Positions 1 to 19,569 of a stretch of DNA of 64,000 nucleotides are shown in pieces. The notes under the pieces were generated by a model. It was not told the DNA's origin, did no database searches, and saw only the letters and a program-made list of their open reading frames with translations. This DNA is from the human T2T-CHM13v2.0 reference genome, Homo sapiens. Each line of letters opens with the position of its first letter. The first letter of the stretch is position 1. The stretch lies in NCBI RefSeq assembly GCF_009914755.1, contig NC_060926.1; one strand, written 5' to 3'. Position numbers and translations under genes: made by a program.

Positions 1-888
1 ATTAAAATTTCTGAAGATGATTCAGCTCCTTATAGAAAAGGATCCAAGTAAAGCCAGGCTGTTTTCCACCTCCTATTGGAGGACATCTTAGCAAGACAAT
101 AGATTGTTGTGGGGTTTTGGCTCCATAGTTTGGGGAAGTAGCTTAGGATGAATGTTTGGCATCACCCAGTCTTACAGATGGTCACAGCTTGAAAGAGCTT
201 GCTCAGATCCTCGTGCATTCAGGTTCTAGCTGGATGTGGCAGAGCATGATTCAGGCTTTCTTCTTCTCACAAACATTTTCAGATAGATATAGCAGTTTGG
301 CAACCAGGTATTCTATCACAACTGCTTGATAACTGAAAGCCAAACAGCTAGTTCTCTAAGTATGGTTGCCATTTCTCAAGTGCTTGTGAAGCTAGCCCAA
401 AGGAAACTGCAAATCAGCCCTGGTACGCTGAGAGCTCTTGGGAAGAGCATTCATTTTTAAAATCCTTTTGCTTTTGCTAACATAATGGCTAAGCTATCAG
501 AGATAAGGAAAAACAGGGTGGAGTTGGGTTGGGTGGGATGTGGTGTTATTTCAGAGCCTAGATTTTTCTGCAACGTGACATCAGTGTTTCCCAGCCTACT
601 CTATCAAACTTTACAAAGTTGTAGCTTTTTTATAGTTTTGAGAATCAGGGAAGCAAAATATAGCATTTTCTTACCCATCTAGTGTTGAGTCAGCTATGAT
701 GCTTTGAAAGAAGGATAGGACCAGGGTTATATAGAACCTAACTAGGGCCCACTTGCCCGGCACGGTAAGACCAGATAACTGCACAATGGTTTGCAGCAGA
801 AGAAAGGAAGATATTTATTTGCAGGGCACCATGCAAGAAGGATGAGGCAGCTAATGCTTAAATCCTGACTTCCTTGATGGCTTGCAGG

Positions 889-3012
<2,124 letters not shown>

Positions 3013-4282
3013 CAGGTAAGAGTTCTTAAAGGCAGGGTAAGTTTCAGGAAAGCAGAAGTTACAGGCAAAATCGTAAATCAATACCTGGAGGTTGCACGTG
3101 GGCATTGGCTGAAAGAGGTGGGATGTCTTGAAGTGGGGACCTATCTACAGGTCATAGATAGATTCAGAGATTTTTCTGAGTGGCAATTTGTTAAGGAAGA
3201 AATACTTTGTTTAAAAATTTGAGGGCTTGGCGCAGTGGCTCACGCCTGTAATTCCAGCACTTGGGAGGCCGAGGCGGGAGGATCGCTTGAGCCCAGGAGT
3301 TCAAGACCAGCCTAGGCAACATAGCAAGAGTCCATCTCAATTTTTTAAATAAGTAAGCAACAAAATAAATAAAAATAAAAATTGTGGGGTCAGCAGAAAA
3401 GAATGTTAGCTCTGGCTCGTAGGTGTAACTTTCTCCAGGCCCCTCAGGAAGAAATGTAGAACAAAAGAACAAGACATGGTGGTCAGAGTTCAGTCTCCAG
3501 TTCCCCCTTATCTGAGGTCTGCATGCTGGTGGATCTATTTGGTAAGGGTCTGAGTTTCTGAAAAGAAATTCAGAGACATATGTTAAAATGTTATCTGTAG
3601 TTTCTATAGGAAACCATATGTCCTTTGATTCTAGCTTTCTTGGCTATTGTTTTAGGCTACTATTAGCTTCTTTTTTTTTTTTTTTGAGACAGAGTTTCAC
3701 TCTGTCCCCCAGGCTGGAGTGCAGTGGTGCAATCTTGGCTCACTACAACCTCCACCTCCAGGTGCAAGTGATTCCCCTGCCTCAGCCTCCTGAGCAGCTG
3801 GGACTACAGGCGTGCACCACCACACCCAGCTAATTTTTGTATTTTTGGTAGAGACAGGGTTTCATCATGTTGGCCAGGCTGGTCTCGCCCTCCTGACCTC
3901 AGGCAACTCACCTGCCTTGTCTCCCAGAGTGCTGGGATTACAGGCGTGAGCCACCACACCTGGCCGTAGGCTACTATTACCTTCTTGATGGTCAAGTTGC
4001 TTATTTACTTCTCAGTGCTAACTAGGTGGCTGGAATTTTCCTTAAGGGAACTCAAGATTTTCCTTTATTTCCGTGCTCAAAGGGTGCCATAGGCCCCTAA
4101 GAGTGGATCCTTGCTCCATCTCACCTGCAGCTAGGGCTCAGATTTCAGCCCCTCTTCTGTCATTTAATGGGCTTGTCTCTTGATCTGATCCTCCATTTTC
4201 TCACCTATGAAACAGAAATAATACCACCTTGTTCACATGGGTGTTGAGTAAAATGAAGAGTGCTGTGCCAATGTTGTAATGT

Positions 4283-4942
4283 TGTTACTGGGAAGTGTGG
4301 GGTCCTAAGTTCTTAGTCTTCTTGGAGAAAAGAATTCAGCCAAGAGACCAATTGGTAAAGTAAACAAGAAGGTTTATTAAGGAAATAAAAGAACACATCA
4401 TGAGAGGGGCAGGCTGACCCAGAGCAGCCCTGAGAGCCTTGTGTTGTGGTTTTTATTATGTTGGACTGTTTATTTAAGTGCCTACTTCTGTCTTAAGTCT
4501 CTGTCTTTGTCTTTGTCTAGTTTCCTGTTCCTGTCTTAAGTCCCTGCCCAGGTTTGTGGGATTCCTCCTTCTGGTCAGTTGACGTGCATGCATGAGGCAT
4601 GGTGATCAATACAAATCCTACCTAATGGTAGCCTTGCTCGAGACCACCACACCAGGAAGGTCTACAGCAGTCAAATCTGTACCTATTGTGCCTGTGTATC
4701 TCTTAGGAATTCCCCCTTTTTCCTTTTTCCCTTCCTATCAGCATACAGCTAGCTACATTCTGACAGTTTACCAGCAGAATGAGCAGCGACTGGGCATCTG
4801 ATGGGGTGTTTGGGACATTCCTTTCTGCATAGGTATCTTCCCCTGTGCTCATATTTAGCATGCAGGTTTCAGGTGGTCTCTGGAGCTTCCTCCCCCAGGG
4901 GCTCCCTTTCCTGCTCATGTCTAACTGTGTGCCAACTCTACA
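4283..4942 (-). mobile_element. ERV1-class solo LTR (MER50/MER83-like, subfamily uncertain)
   Basis: TG…CA termini, ~660 bp; - strand start TGTAGAGTTGGCACACAGTTAGACATGAGCAGG; poly(A) signal seen as tttatt on the + strand. Confidence 0.6.
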
Positions 4943-6304
4943 AGTGTGATAAACAATAAGAATGCCTGACTCCCTCACAAAGCCTTGGGTGTCAGCACCA
5001 GTGAGCTTGGTGGGCAGGGAGGGTGAGGCATGGTGATGGCTGAAGAGGCTCAAAGGCTTTCTGGGGTTTTGTGCCACATCGGCTCCCTAAAACCCCACAG
5101 TTCCTATTTTTCTACCCTAACCACTTAACATTTCATTTCCCCCAAGCTTCCATCTCTGTCCTGAAGGTTTATAGCCTGTGAGATGCAGACCTCGATCTGT
5201 GTGGGTGTGGATAAGGGCACTGCAGAGACTTTGAAAGGAAACCGAGAAGAACTGGGCAGCAGCTGCCAAACATTGTCTTCACACATATGTCAAGTATGTG
5301 AAGTACATATGACATAGACCCATTAAAAATCAGGTTCCTTTAGGTGTGGTAATCAGGTCATGGTAACTTCTGGTGATTTGACATCTCAGGCATACCTTTT
5401 CCATGCCAGTGGAATGGTACAATTCAATTTTTTTTTTTTAGACAGACTCTCACTCTGTCACCCAGGCTGGAGTGCAGTGGCACGATCTTGTCTCACTGCA
5501 ACCTCCGCCTCCTGGGTTCAGGCGATTCTCCTGACTCAGCCTCCTGAGTAGCTGAGATTACAGATGACCACCACAGCCCAGTTAATTTTTGTATTTTTAG
5601 TAGAGATGGGGTTTCACCATGTTAGCCAGGCTGGTCTCGAACTCCTGACCTCAAGTGATCTGCCTGCCTTTGGCCTCCCCAAGTGCTGGGATTATGGGCT
5701 TGAGCCACCATGCCCGGCCAGAATTCTATTTTAGAGAGACTTTATCATATCAAAATAGTTGGGAGCCACCGAGATAGTTTATAATTGGGGATTCTACTCC
5801 AAACTGTGATTTCTTCTCTTTCCTCACTAGAAGTCTGCATCCTTCCCAGTACAGTATCAACAAACACTGTAGATCCACGTTGGCTCCGGTCCCTGTTTTC
5901 TCAGCTGTTGGAGAGAAAAGAGCAAGGGTTTTTTTAAAACGTATCCCTTCATTTTCTAGCTGTGTAACTTTGCATTTACTTAAATTCTGATAATTTCTTT
6001 TTCCTCAGAATATGAAAAATCCCTACCTACCTCTTAGAGATGCAGTGAGAATCAGGTAAGAATACATGGGCGGTGTTAGGTCATCAGTGCAGGAATCGAT
6101 ATTGACAAATGCTTACATTCAAGTCCAACAAACCTGCCTCATAAACTCATTTGAATTCAAGGAGAGAAATTGCAGCTTACTCATCAAATATTCCATGAGA
6201 AAGATAAACACCTGTTTTCTCTCAATCAACTTTTAGAAGTTGGAAGACTTCAAACCTGAAGATTATCTCTCTCATGGCCCACATGGCCATCTCCAATGCA
6301 GGTA

Positions 6305-7024
6305 TGTCAACCTGAAAGGAAAAAGCTTAGGCAAAATTAACATAAGCAGGCAGTTTATTTGGGCCAGGCTTGAGGACTGCAACCCCAGATCATAGATTAA
6401 AGTTGTCCTGAATATACGCTCAAATTTGTAGCAGTTACAAGGGGATTTTTAAAGGCAAAACTTGGGGGCAGGGAGTGGACTGATACAAAGCTGTTTGTCA
6501 GGAATTCTCATTTGTTTACAGAAATAACATTGCCTATTGATTGGCTATACATTGTTAAGCCATAGAATGTGGATTATCGTGTCTAATGTGGCAATAGCAA
6601 GCAGTTGATCAATACATAGCTCAAAGCGGGGAGTACAGCGTGATTGCTTTCTCAATTCAATGTCTCTCTGGGCCTGATTATTAAAAGGAATTGCCTTCCT
6701 TACATAAAAGTTATTTTCTTTATTCTTTTCCTTTTTTTTTTTTTTTTTTGAGACAGGGTTTCACTCTGACATCCAGGCTGGAGTGCAGTGGTGTGATTAC
6801 AGCTCACTGTAGCCTCGACCTCCTAGGCTCAAGCAATCCTCCCACCTCAGCCTCCCATGTACCCTGGCTAATTTTTTTTATTTTTTGTAGACACGGGGTC
6901 TCACTTTGTTTTCTGAGCCAGTCTTGAACTCCTGGGTTCAAGCAATCCTCCTGCCTCAGCCTCCCAAAGTGCTGGGATTATGGGCGTGAGCCCCCACACC
7001 CCTCCTAGAAGTTTTTTTTTCTCA
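6305..7024 (-). mobile_element. MER4-group ERV1 LTR interrupted by an Alu
   Basis: Starts tgtcaacctgaaagg…gtttatttgggccaggcttgaggactgcaaccc, typical of the reverse strand of MER4-group LTRs. Alu at ~6735-7000. Confidence 0.55.
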
Positions 7025-7060
7025 GATGCTTTATCAATTTAAGGCTCACCCCCATGCTAG

Positions 7061-7198
<138 letters not shown>

Positions 7199-8899
7199 TG
7201 AGTAGCTGGGACTACAGGTGTACACCACCATGCCTGGCTAATTTTGTATTTTCAGTAGATATGGGGTTTCACCATGTTAGCCAGGCTGGTCTCAAACTCC
7301 TGACCTCAGGTGATTCGCTCCCAAAGTGCTGGGATCACAGGCGTGAGCCATGGTGCTTGGCCACCCACCTCGCCCAGCCAATTTTTTTTTTTACAGCAAT
7401 GTTCTTCCTATTATTTTTTCTTTTTGTGACTTCCTCATTTTCAAAGAGTTATTTCACCAAATAAACCACACTAATCATCCACTCTTCCAAATTATGTTTG
7501 TCAGAAACATCATTGGTGTAATAATCTCTATAATATTTGTCATCCTAAAAACGTAAAGAACTGTGATATTTTGGTGAACTTCAGATGCATTTTCTACCAG
7601 GCTGCTTGAAATATTACTGGTTCCCACTTCTACCAATCTTACTTAAATGCTGGCCTCAAGCTAAGAGCTAGTTCTCACAGCAGGCTGTGGGTAGCGGGCT
7701 TACCTGAAGAGCTCACATCCCCCGGAGAAACCAGACTCTCAGGAGCAACCAGCTTCTTCCCTGTTACCTGCTCTTTTTCTTTCTTTTTAATTTCTCTTTA
7801 CTAGGTAACACCGCTATCCCACCTTCTGCCGGATCAAATCATTGGAGCCCCCTGAATCAGGCAAACCACCGTGGGTCACTCAGTCCTAGCCTTTCACCAG
7901 GCGCTCAGCATCATTGCCTAGGACTCACATGTGGGTGGCAGTATCAAGGGTCCTATCATCATTTTATATCAAACCTCCAAAAGCTCAGGCCTCCAAGCTC
8001 AGCCTCTTAAGATTGGCCTTTTCTTTTCCAGATTTATGGTCCCTAGGCTTGGCTGAGAAGTGTAGAGTAGAAATTTAAACCACATAGACATTTTTCTTAG
8101 GTCTCAAACAAGGGAAAGCTGCATTTCACCTTATTAAATCATTTGTTTTTACCTTGGAGATATTGTAAATCTTGAAACTGATAGAGCATTCCTTGTTTTC
8201 TAGGAAGCTCAGGGCTGAGTTTTCAGCCCCTTTTGCAACTAGGAAAGACATGGCAGCAGTGATTTAAGTAATGACACTACTCCTGGTTTATTTTTTCCTA
8301 ATGTTTTATGTTCCCTCAGTCTTGAGTTTCTCATTTACTTATTTTTCATCATATCATATTATGTGTATCTTTGTAGTGTAATAGAATATTAATGTGTAAG
8401 GGATCCAAAATCATGGGAGGAGGCCGGGTGCGATGGCTCATGCCTGTAATCTCAACACTTTGAGAGCCCAAGGCGGGCAGATCACTTGAGGTCAGGAGTT
8501 CGAGACCAGCCTCGCCAACATGGTGAAACTCCGTCTCTACTAAAAATACAAAAATTAGCCGGGTATGGCAGCACATGCCAATAATCCCATCTACTTAGGA
8601 GACTGAGGCAGGAGAATCACTTGAACCCAGGAGGCGGAGGTTGCAGTGAGCCAAGATGGCGCCATTGCACTCCAGCCTGGGAGACAAGAGCAAGACTCTT
8701 GTCTAAAAAAAAAAAAAAAAAAAAACATGAGAGGCATTTTCCCTTCCACACACCAAGAAGGCAGCTGAGTGGGTGCTCTGTGTTCTGGCATTCTTGTTTC
8801 ATCATGCGTTTGGGGAGGGCATGCACGGGGGGGTCAATATTGAGGATTCCAGGACATTTCTTTCTATTTCAGGAACTCTCCTGAAGTCAACCTACAGCT

Positions 8900-9900
8900 G
8901 ATGTTTGGTTAGGACATGGAGGTGAATAGGGAACGAGAGAATGAAGGTGGCATGATTCAGGTGGGAGAGGGAGAAGGGGGACAATTTAATGCTGGATTAT
9001 ATGTGGGGTATGAGAGAAACTGAAGCATTTGGGCTGAGCCCAGTGCTATCAGAATGGGAATACTGGAGGGAGTAGATTGGGGTTGAAGTTCTCTGAGCTC
9101 TGTGTCTGACATGTTAAACTGACACAGCTGACAGACATCCAGGTAGGCTGTTGGGTCTATGAGTCTGGAGTTCAAGGGAGAGTCCAAGGGTGGAAGCTCC
9201 ATTTCCAAAGCCTTCAGCATACTGATGGCACTTACAGCCATAGGACCTATTGAGATCACTCAAGAAGAGGGTGTAGGGATCAGCGGTATCCAAGGGAGAG
9301 AATACAGTCATGGGTTCTTAGTTTATGTTTCTGGGTGGGCCAGTAAAGCCCCTTCCTCATCCCTTTTTTCTGCTTATCACTGGAGACAGAAACTAAAAAG
9401 CAGTTGTTAGCAGCCATGGTTTCAGGCTGCTAAAAGCCTAGAGCAAAACAAAACAACAACAACAAAATAAGGCAGGTTGGACAAGCTTGGTAGGCAGAGG
9501 AGAGGGCCAAGAACTGAGCCATTGTTCAGTTTAGGAAGAGAAGAAGGATCCAGCTAAGGGGGCAAAGGAGCAGCCAGTGAGGTGGGCAAATCAGGAGAAC
9601 ATGATGTCTGGGTAGCCAAGCAAAGAAAGGGTTTCACACAACCTCGGCAAGTCCACTGAGAGTAGAGGAAGATGTGCATAGAGAGTGGGTTATTGCATTT
9701 CCCATTGTGGAGGTCAAGAGTGACCTCAACAAAGGCCTATTCATTGGGTGAACAAAAGCCTAACTCAAATAAGTTGAATAGAATGGGAGGGAGGAGGTGC
9801 AGACAATGAGCTCACTGGGATCTTGTTGGAAAGGGGCTAGAAAGGGGCTGGAGGAATCTATCTGTAGCTGGAAGGAAATGTGAAGTCAAGGAATGTTTTT
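8900..9900 (-). mobile_element. L2 LINE fragment
   Basis: Degenerate L2 motifs such as gacatccaggtaggctgttgggtctatgagtctggagttcaagggagag. Confidence 0.6.
9281..9489 (+). mobile_element. MER30-family hAT (Charlie) non-autonomous DNA transposon (MER30B-like), inserted in L2
   Basis: Termini CAGCGGTATCCAA…TTGGACAAGCTTG; degenerate 8-bp TSD GTAGGGAT/GTAGGCAG. Confidence 0.75.
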
Positions 9901-10214
9901 TTGTCTTTATCATTGAAAATATTTTAGTATGTTCATATGTTGATGAGAATGATCTCCTAGAGAGGGGAAAACCTACAGCGGGCACAGGAATGGGAGGAGG
10001 AATTGCTAGAACAAAGTTTAGCTGTGATAAAAGAGACAGGGGAGGCCAGGCGCGGTGGCTCATGCCTGTAGTCTCAGCACTTTGGGAAGCCGAGGCGGGC
10101 AGATCATGAGGTCAGGAGATCAAGATCATCCTGGCCAACATGGTGAAACCCCATCTCTACTAAAAACACAAAAATTAAGCTGAGTGTGGTGGTGCGTGCT
10201 TGTAATCCAAGCTA

Positions 10215-10355
<141 letters not shown>

Positions 10356-10358
10356 TCA

Positions 10359-10604
<246 letters not shown>

Positions 10605-11509
10605 TCAGAAGCACACACAGGACAAGCACAGGGCTGGAAAACAGTCCGGTCAATGGGTTCAAATGCATGGGGATCTGAGGAGCTGGTGATTGCAGCATGG
10701 GGAGGTGATCTTCTGAGTGCTTTGGTTTTCTCTGTGTATTAATATTCAAGATTCTTTTCTGAGAATGGGGAGAGAGAGAGGCATTGGGATTTTGAGAAGA
10801 GAGGAGAAGGTGTAAAATAGTTATTTAAGACAGAGCGAGAGTGAATAGAGCAGGGAAAGGTAGTTTGGGGAGCCCGCTGGAGATGTGTGGTCATACATGT
10901 AAAGCAAGGCTAGTCAGATTGGTTACGTGTGTTTCTATGGCCATGCTGGGGGCACCCTGGAAGTAAGTGAGGCCTTTTTGGTTGCTGCAGTGATGGGTGG
11001 GGTCAGGCGGGTACTGCTGCCATTCATTGGCCAGGAAAGGTCAGGATGCTAAATGTCCTACAAGACACAGGCCCTTTATTAGCTGTAAAGCCTGCTTACA
11101 TTTAAATATAAATTTTTTCTAGTTTTAACTGAATTTTTCTAGGTATACACCAAATTTTCTAGGAAAACAACTTTCTTTTACATTGAGGGTAAATTGTACT
11201 TTGGAATTTTACCAAGTTGTTCACTATTTTAGAAAATCAAGTCATTCTCTCATATTTCAGTTACCAAAGTAACATAGTGTTAGTCTGCATTAGTACCAGT
11301 GGTAGTCACAGTGATTCTACTTGTGTATAGACAAATGTGCTTATGTAGCTCTTATTTCAAAGTATTTGAAGTAAAGAAAAATGAATATTTTCCCTTAGAA
11401 ATTTATATAATCTCCTGATGACTTGATTGTGTATTCTAGTATAGTTGTGCTACAGGATTTGCATACTGAAAATTTACCATTCTACTTTATACTTAAGGCA
11501 GTATGTTGA

Positions 11510-11664
<155 letters not shown>

Positions 11665-12249
11665 TAGCTAATTTTTTGTATTTTTAGTAGAGACGGGGTT
11701 TCACTATGTTGGCCAGGCTGGTCTTGAACTCCTGACCTCATGATCCACCCACCTCGACCTATGTTGGTCAGGCTGGTCTTGAACTCCTGATCTCGTGATC
11801 CACCTGCCTTAGCCTCCCAAAGTGCTGGGATTACAGGTGTGAGCCACCGCGCCTGGAGGCAGTATGTTGATTTTTTAAAAATTGTTTTGCATGTAATTAT
11901 GATATCTATAGACTTCATTTCAGATTAGGATGGAGGGCATACATCCTTGTTACCTAGGGGGCAGTGGGTCTGTTAAGAGTAGGGAGCCACGGTGCAAAAG
12001 GAAAACCAGGAAGAGATTATTGTCATAACTGAGCTGAAGTGGAAGAGTGGTCTGGGAGCTTGCTGGCACAGAGATAATTCAAGTATGTGATTCAGAGCAA
12101 AAGAGAGTACCACGAAAGGGAGGAACCCCCGGAAAAAGATGGGCAAGACAACTGGGATGCACAGTTGGAATGGCCAAGGAAGCCATGATAATAGAGAGAA
12201 GTGACGCTGTCCCCCTAGAACCTCGTAGGGTTGTTAAAGGCTTGCATGT

Positions 12250-12251
12250 AT

Positions 12252-12295
<44 letters not shown>

Positions 12296-12552
12296 TTTCA
12301 ATAGGTTTTTGGGGAACAGGTGGTGTTTGGTTACATGAATAAATTCTTTAGTGGTGATTTCTGAGATTTTGGTTCACCCATCACCCGAGCAGTTTACACT
12401 GTACCCAATGTATAGTCTTTCAGCCCTCACCTGCCTCCCGCCCCTGAATCCTCAAAGTCCATTGTATTATTCTTTGGGTCCTCATACCTTAGCTCCCACT
12501 TATGAGTGAGAACATACAATGTTTGATTTTCCATTCCTGAGTTACTTCACTT
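12250..12552 (-). mobile_element. L1PB-like 3' end with (TTTA)n tail
   Basis: tttcaataggtttttggggaacaggtggtgtttggttacatgaataaattctttagtggtgatttctgag matches the reverse strand of an L1PB 3' UTR. Confidence 0.75.
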
Positions 12553-12935
12553 GTCTCAAAAAATATATACATATCCCAGCACTTTGGGAGGCCGAGGTGG
12601 GTGGATCACAAGGTCAGGAGATCGAGACCATCCTGGCTAACACGGTGAAACCCCATCTCTGCTAAAAATACAAAAAATTAGCCGGGCATGGTGGCAGGCG
12701 CCTGTAGTCCCAGCTACTCAGGAGGCTGAGGCAGGAGAATGGCTTGAACCTGGGAGGCGGAGCTTGCAGTGAGCCAAGATCTCACCACTGCACTCCAGCC
12801 TGGGCTACAGAGCAAGACTCCATCTAAAAAAAAAAATATATATATATATATATATATGTATGTATACATATATACACACACACACACACGTGGGTATACA
12901 TATATATGTGTATATATATATATATATAGAGAGAG

Positions 12936-13640
<705 letters not shown>

Positions 13641-13832
13641 CTCAGCCTCCCAAGTAGCTGGGATTACAGGCACTTGCCACCATGCCTGGCTAATTTTTTG
13701 TATTTTTAATAGAGACGGGTTTACACTATGTTGGCCAGGCTGGTCTCGAACTCCTGACCTCATGATCTGCCCGCCTCGGCCTCCCAAAGTGCTGGGATTA
13801 CAGGCGTGAGCCACCGCACCTTGCCTAGGCTC

Positions 13833-15030
<1,198 letters not shown>

Positions 15031-15132
15031 CAATACAGACATACCAAAAAAAGTGAAAAACTAGAGAAACTAAATGGCCATCATTTCACTATGTTAGTCA
15101 GGGTCCAGGGAGGAAAAACGAAGATACACTAG

Positions 15133-15490
15133 GTGTATTTGTCCTTTCTTGCATTGCTATAAAGAAATATCTGAGACTGGATAATTTATAAAGAAAAGAG
15201 GTTTAATTGGCTCTTGGGTCTGCAGGCTGTACAGGAAGCACGGCGGCATCTGCTTCTGGGGAGGCCTCAGGAAGCTTCTAATCATGGTGGAAGGCAGAGA
15301 TGGAGTGAGTGTCTTACATGGCAGGAGCAGGAGTCAGAGAAATAGAGAGGGGAGGGCTACACACTTTGAAACAACCAGATCTCACAAGAACTCACTATCA
15401 AGAGAACAGCATCCAAAGGAATGTTGCTAAACCACCCTTATGATTTAATCACCTTCCACCAGGCCCCACCTCCAAAATTGGGGATAAACT
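15133..15490 (-). mobile_element. MaLR LTR (MSTA-like)
   Basis: tgtatt…gcattgctataaagaaatatctgagactggataatttataaagaaaagaggtttaattggctc, the characteristic reverse strand of MST/THE1. Confidence 0.8.
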
Positions 15491-16149
15491 CCAAGATTAG
15501 TAACTGCAGAAAGCACCTATCATCCTTAGGGCTAGGTAGAACAAAAGGGAAGGGATGGTGTTCCAAGAATCTGGAATGACCTGGAAGTTTGCTTACTGTA
15601 GGGTGGGCTCTAAGGAGTATTAGGACAGCCAAGGTGGGGCACTAGGCTGGTCCCGCAACCATGGAGAGGCGCTGCTGGGCATGAGAAAGGATGCTTGGGG
15701 CCCTCTCTGTGCTGCTGCTGCTGGAGGGAGGGGTGCCCACAAAATTCAGAAACAGGAAGTGCCTCGCCTCCCCGCCTCCACTCCTCTCACCCTGCTTCCC
15801 AGAATCAGAACCTCGCAGGAGGCCAGCGAGGAGGGAAGTGGCAATAATTAGTTTGTGGGTCTCAGTCCCCTAGTAAATTTCTGCTGGTTGGAAATAGGGA
15901 AGGAGAACAAATGGGTCCATGACTGTCCACCACAAATCTGACACAAGTGAGGTAATGTTTTGTATACTGATTTCATTTGAAGGAGACACTGTTTTAGGTG
16001 TTGTAGTAATACTATATCGTATCTCCTACTTATACCTGCTTTTTTCTACTTGACGTTATATAATGACATGGAAAATGCTTACGATAGTCTGGACTATTTT
16101 TAAAAGATCAAATAGAATTTCAGTGAAACATCGAAGTAGTATTAAACAT

Positions 16150-16325
16150 AATGTGGTCTAAAGACCACCAATACCTGAATCACCTGAAATAGTTATCCAA
16201 GAGGCAGGTTGCTGGGCTGTACCCCAGCAACCTGCAGAATCAGAAACTCTGGGAAAAGGACTTGGAATCTACATTTTTAACACTCCTTAAGTAATTTTTA
16301 CATGCACCAAGGTTGGTGAACCACT
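16150..16325. mobile_element. MER5A-like hAT MITE
   Basis: gaatcacctg…gaatcagaaactctggg…ggaatctacatttttaac…ggtgaaccact. Similar copies at ~22545-22690 and ~27800-27965. Confidence 0.6.
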
Positions 16326-16425
16326 CCTTATGAAAGCTACAAAAGCCTACATAGTGAACTGCTCTTAAAATCAAAAGCTGTACTGTATTTTCATTTTGTT
16401 TCTTTTCCTAGAAAATTGTTGCTGA

Positions 16426-16680
<255 letters not shown>

Positions 16681-16771
16681 TGATCCACCCACCTCGGCCT
16701 CCCAAGGTGCTGGGATTATAGATGTGAGCCGCCGCACCCAGCCAGTGCTGCTGAATTTCAATAGCCAATTA

Positions 16772-17146
<375 letters not shown>

Positions 17147-18634
17147 TCAGTGTTTGCCTCACTGGGTTCAACACTCCTAAAAGTTCTACAACCTTCCAGA
17201 TGTTTTTATTGTAGACACTATTTTAGCATCTAGTTGTACCTTCAGCCATCTCTTAATCATCTTAATTTTCAGCTAGTCTGAAAACGGATAGAAGCCAGCA
17301 GCCAAGAACTCAGCTAAATAACACACCAGCACACACTCTTTCCAATTCCTTTTTTTTAATACAAGTAAATCAGGGATGAGAGACAATTCGACAAAAGGAA
17401 GGGGAAAGGAGTTTCCTTTTCACTGAGAAGTTTTTCACTGAGAAATTACACACAAGTAAATCTTGGAAAGATGGTTGTCTAAAGATCAAACATAAATCGC
17501 ATTTGAAAAATGGAATTCCAGTGTATTTGGCAATAGCCATGGAATCCCACATTTAATGATAGCTCATTGAAATTGCTCTTTTAGCCATTGCCACTCAGCT
17601 GAATCTTTACATACAGGCCTTTTATCTTAGAAGGAAATGAAATTTTGACATCGCTTGTTGTGTTATTCTATTTGCCTGTTCCCCTTAAGGAGGAGAAGGA
17701 ACTGTGAGCTAATAACATCATTTCTATGTCCAAGATCCCATAAGGGCAAAGACTTACAGTCATCAAACTTCAACACCAGCTGCAGCAGCTTTTCCAGCAA
17801 TTTGCACAAGGTCATTAATACCAGGTATTTTGCTTAGAAAATTGCTCTTGTAAAGGAAGGGTAACGTCTTACGCAGTTGTGCATAGAAGGAGTCCTATGT
17901 AAGTCTAGGCGTGAGTCACATGACTATGAGTGCTTGAGCTAAGTTGAAACATATTTCTAGTACTTACTTGTTAAGAAATCCATACATTGTATATAACTTT
18001 AGAATTTGTCTTCCTCTCTGTTTTATTAAACCCATTTATCTTTTGTGAGAGATCATAAACACCTAATCCAGAAGGGACTGGGGAACAAGCAGGCACTGTA
18101 TGGAGGGCAGACAGGCCAAACCCAGGTCTTCCGTCTCTGCAGGGAGCAAATGTGTGCAAACATATCAAGAAAAGTTGACATTGTTACAGACACTGCCAGA
18201 GGTAAGGAGAAAAAAATCAACATCTGGTAAAAGCCATCCCAAAGCTTTGCACACACACCAAAAAAAAGGTTGATTGGTGGAAATTAGCTACAAATAATAA
18301 AGTGGGCTCCAATTAACAGGAAATCACTATGGCTAAGGGAAAGCTGAATTGAGGCTATATTTACTGATAAGTATTTGTGTGGTTTGCAGTTGTCTCCATG
18401 CATGATTATTGCTGACCATCTCAGGGCAGAAATGACTTCCAAGAATACCACTACCAGCCACTCATTCAGTGATGTGACATGAAGTTTCAGGGCCAGAGAA
18501 TATAATGGGATATGAATATAATCTTTGGAGCTCTGTTTCGATGAAGTATTTGGGTAGTTCTAGAAGAATATTCTAAATATTCACATTCACGCCTAGTTTT
18601 TCAGTCCCAATTTTGTATTCTTAAAGAGGGCATT

Positions 18635-19060
18635 TGTCTTAGTCTGTTAGCGTTGCTGCAAATGAATACCTGAGGCTGAGTAATTTGTAAAGGAAAGAGG
18701 TTTACTTGGCTCACAGTTCTGCAGGCTGTACAAGAAGCATGGCACCAGCATTTGCTTCTGGTGAAGCCTCAGGCTGCTTCCACTCATCGTGGAAGGTGAA
18801 GGGGAGCTAGTGTGTGCAGAGATCACGTGGCAAAAGCACAGAAGAAAGAGAGAGAGGACGGAGGTGCTAGGCTTTTTTTAACAATCAGCTGTCTTGCAAA
18901 CTAATGGATGGAGAACTCACTCATTCCCACGGGAACTGCATTAAGCCATTCATGAAGAATCTGCCCTATTACCCAAACATCTCCCATTAGGCCCCATCTT
19001 CAACACTGAGGATCAAAATTCAACATGAGGTTTGGGGGTCAAACAACTGAACTACAGCAG
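18635..19060 (-). mobile_element. MaLR LTR (MSTB/MSTC-like)
   Basis: tgtcttagtctgttagcgttgctgcaaatgaatacctgaggctgagtaatttgtaaagg…caaacaactgaactacagca. Confidence 0.75.
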
Positions 19061-19229
19061 CATTCAGGATTCAAAGTGCTTGAAGTCTATTTGCTCCTAA
19101 ATAAAAGTTTATCAGAAGTATCTCATTTCTATCTCTGTCTTCACCACTTCATCAGCTCCCTCCTCAAATAGTTAACCATTTCCAAAAATTCCTGGTTTCC
19201 TTTTCCTATTATCCTTTTTATAAAATTAA

Positions 19230-19566
<337 letters not shown>

Positions 19567-19569
19567 TAA

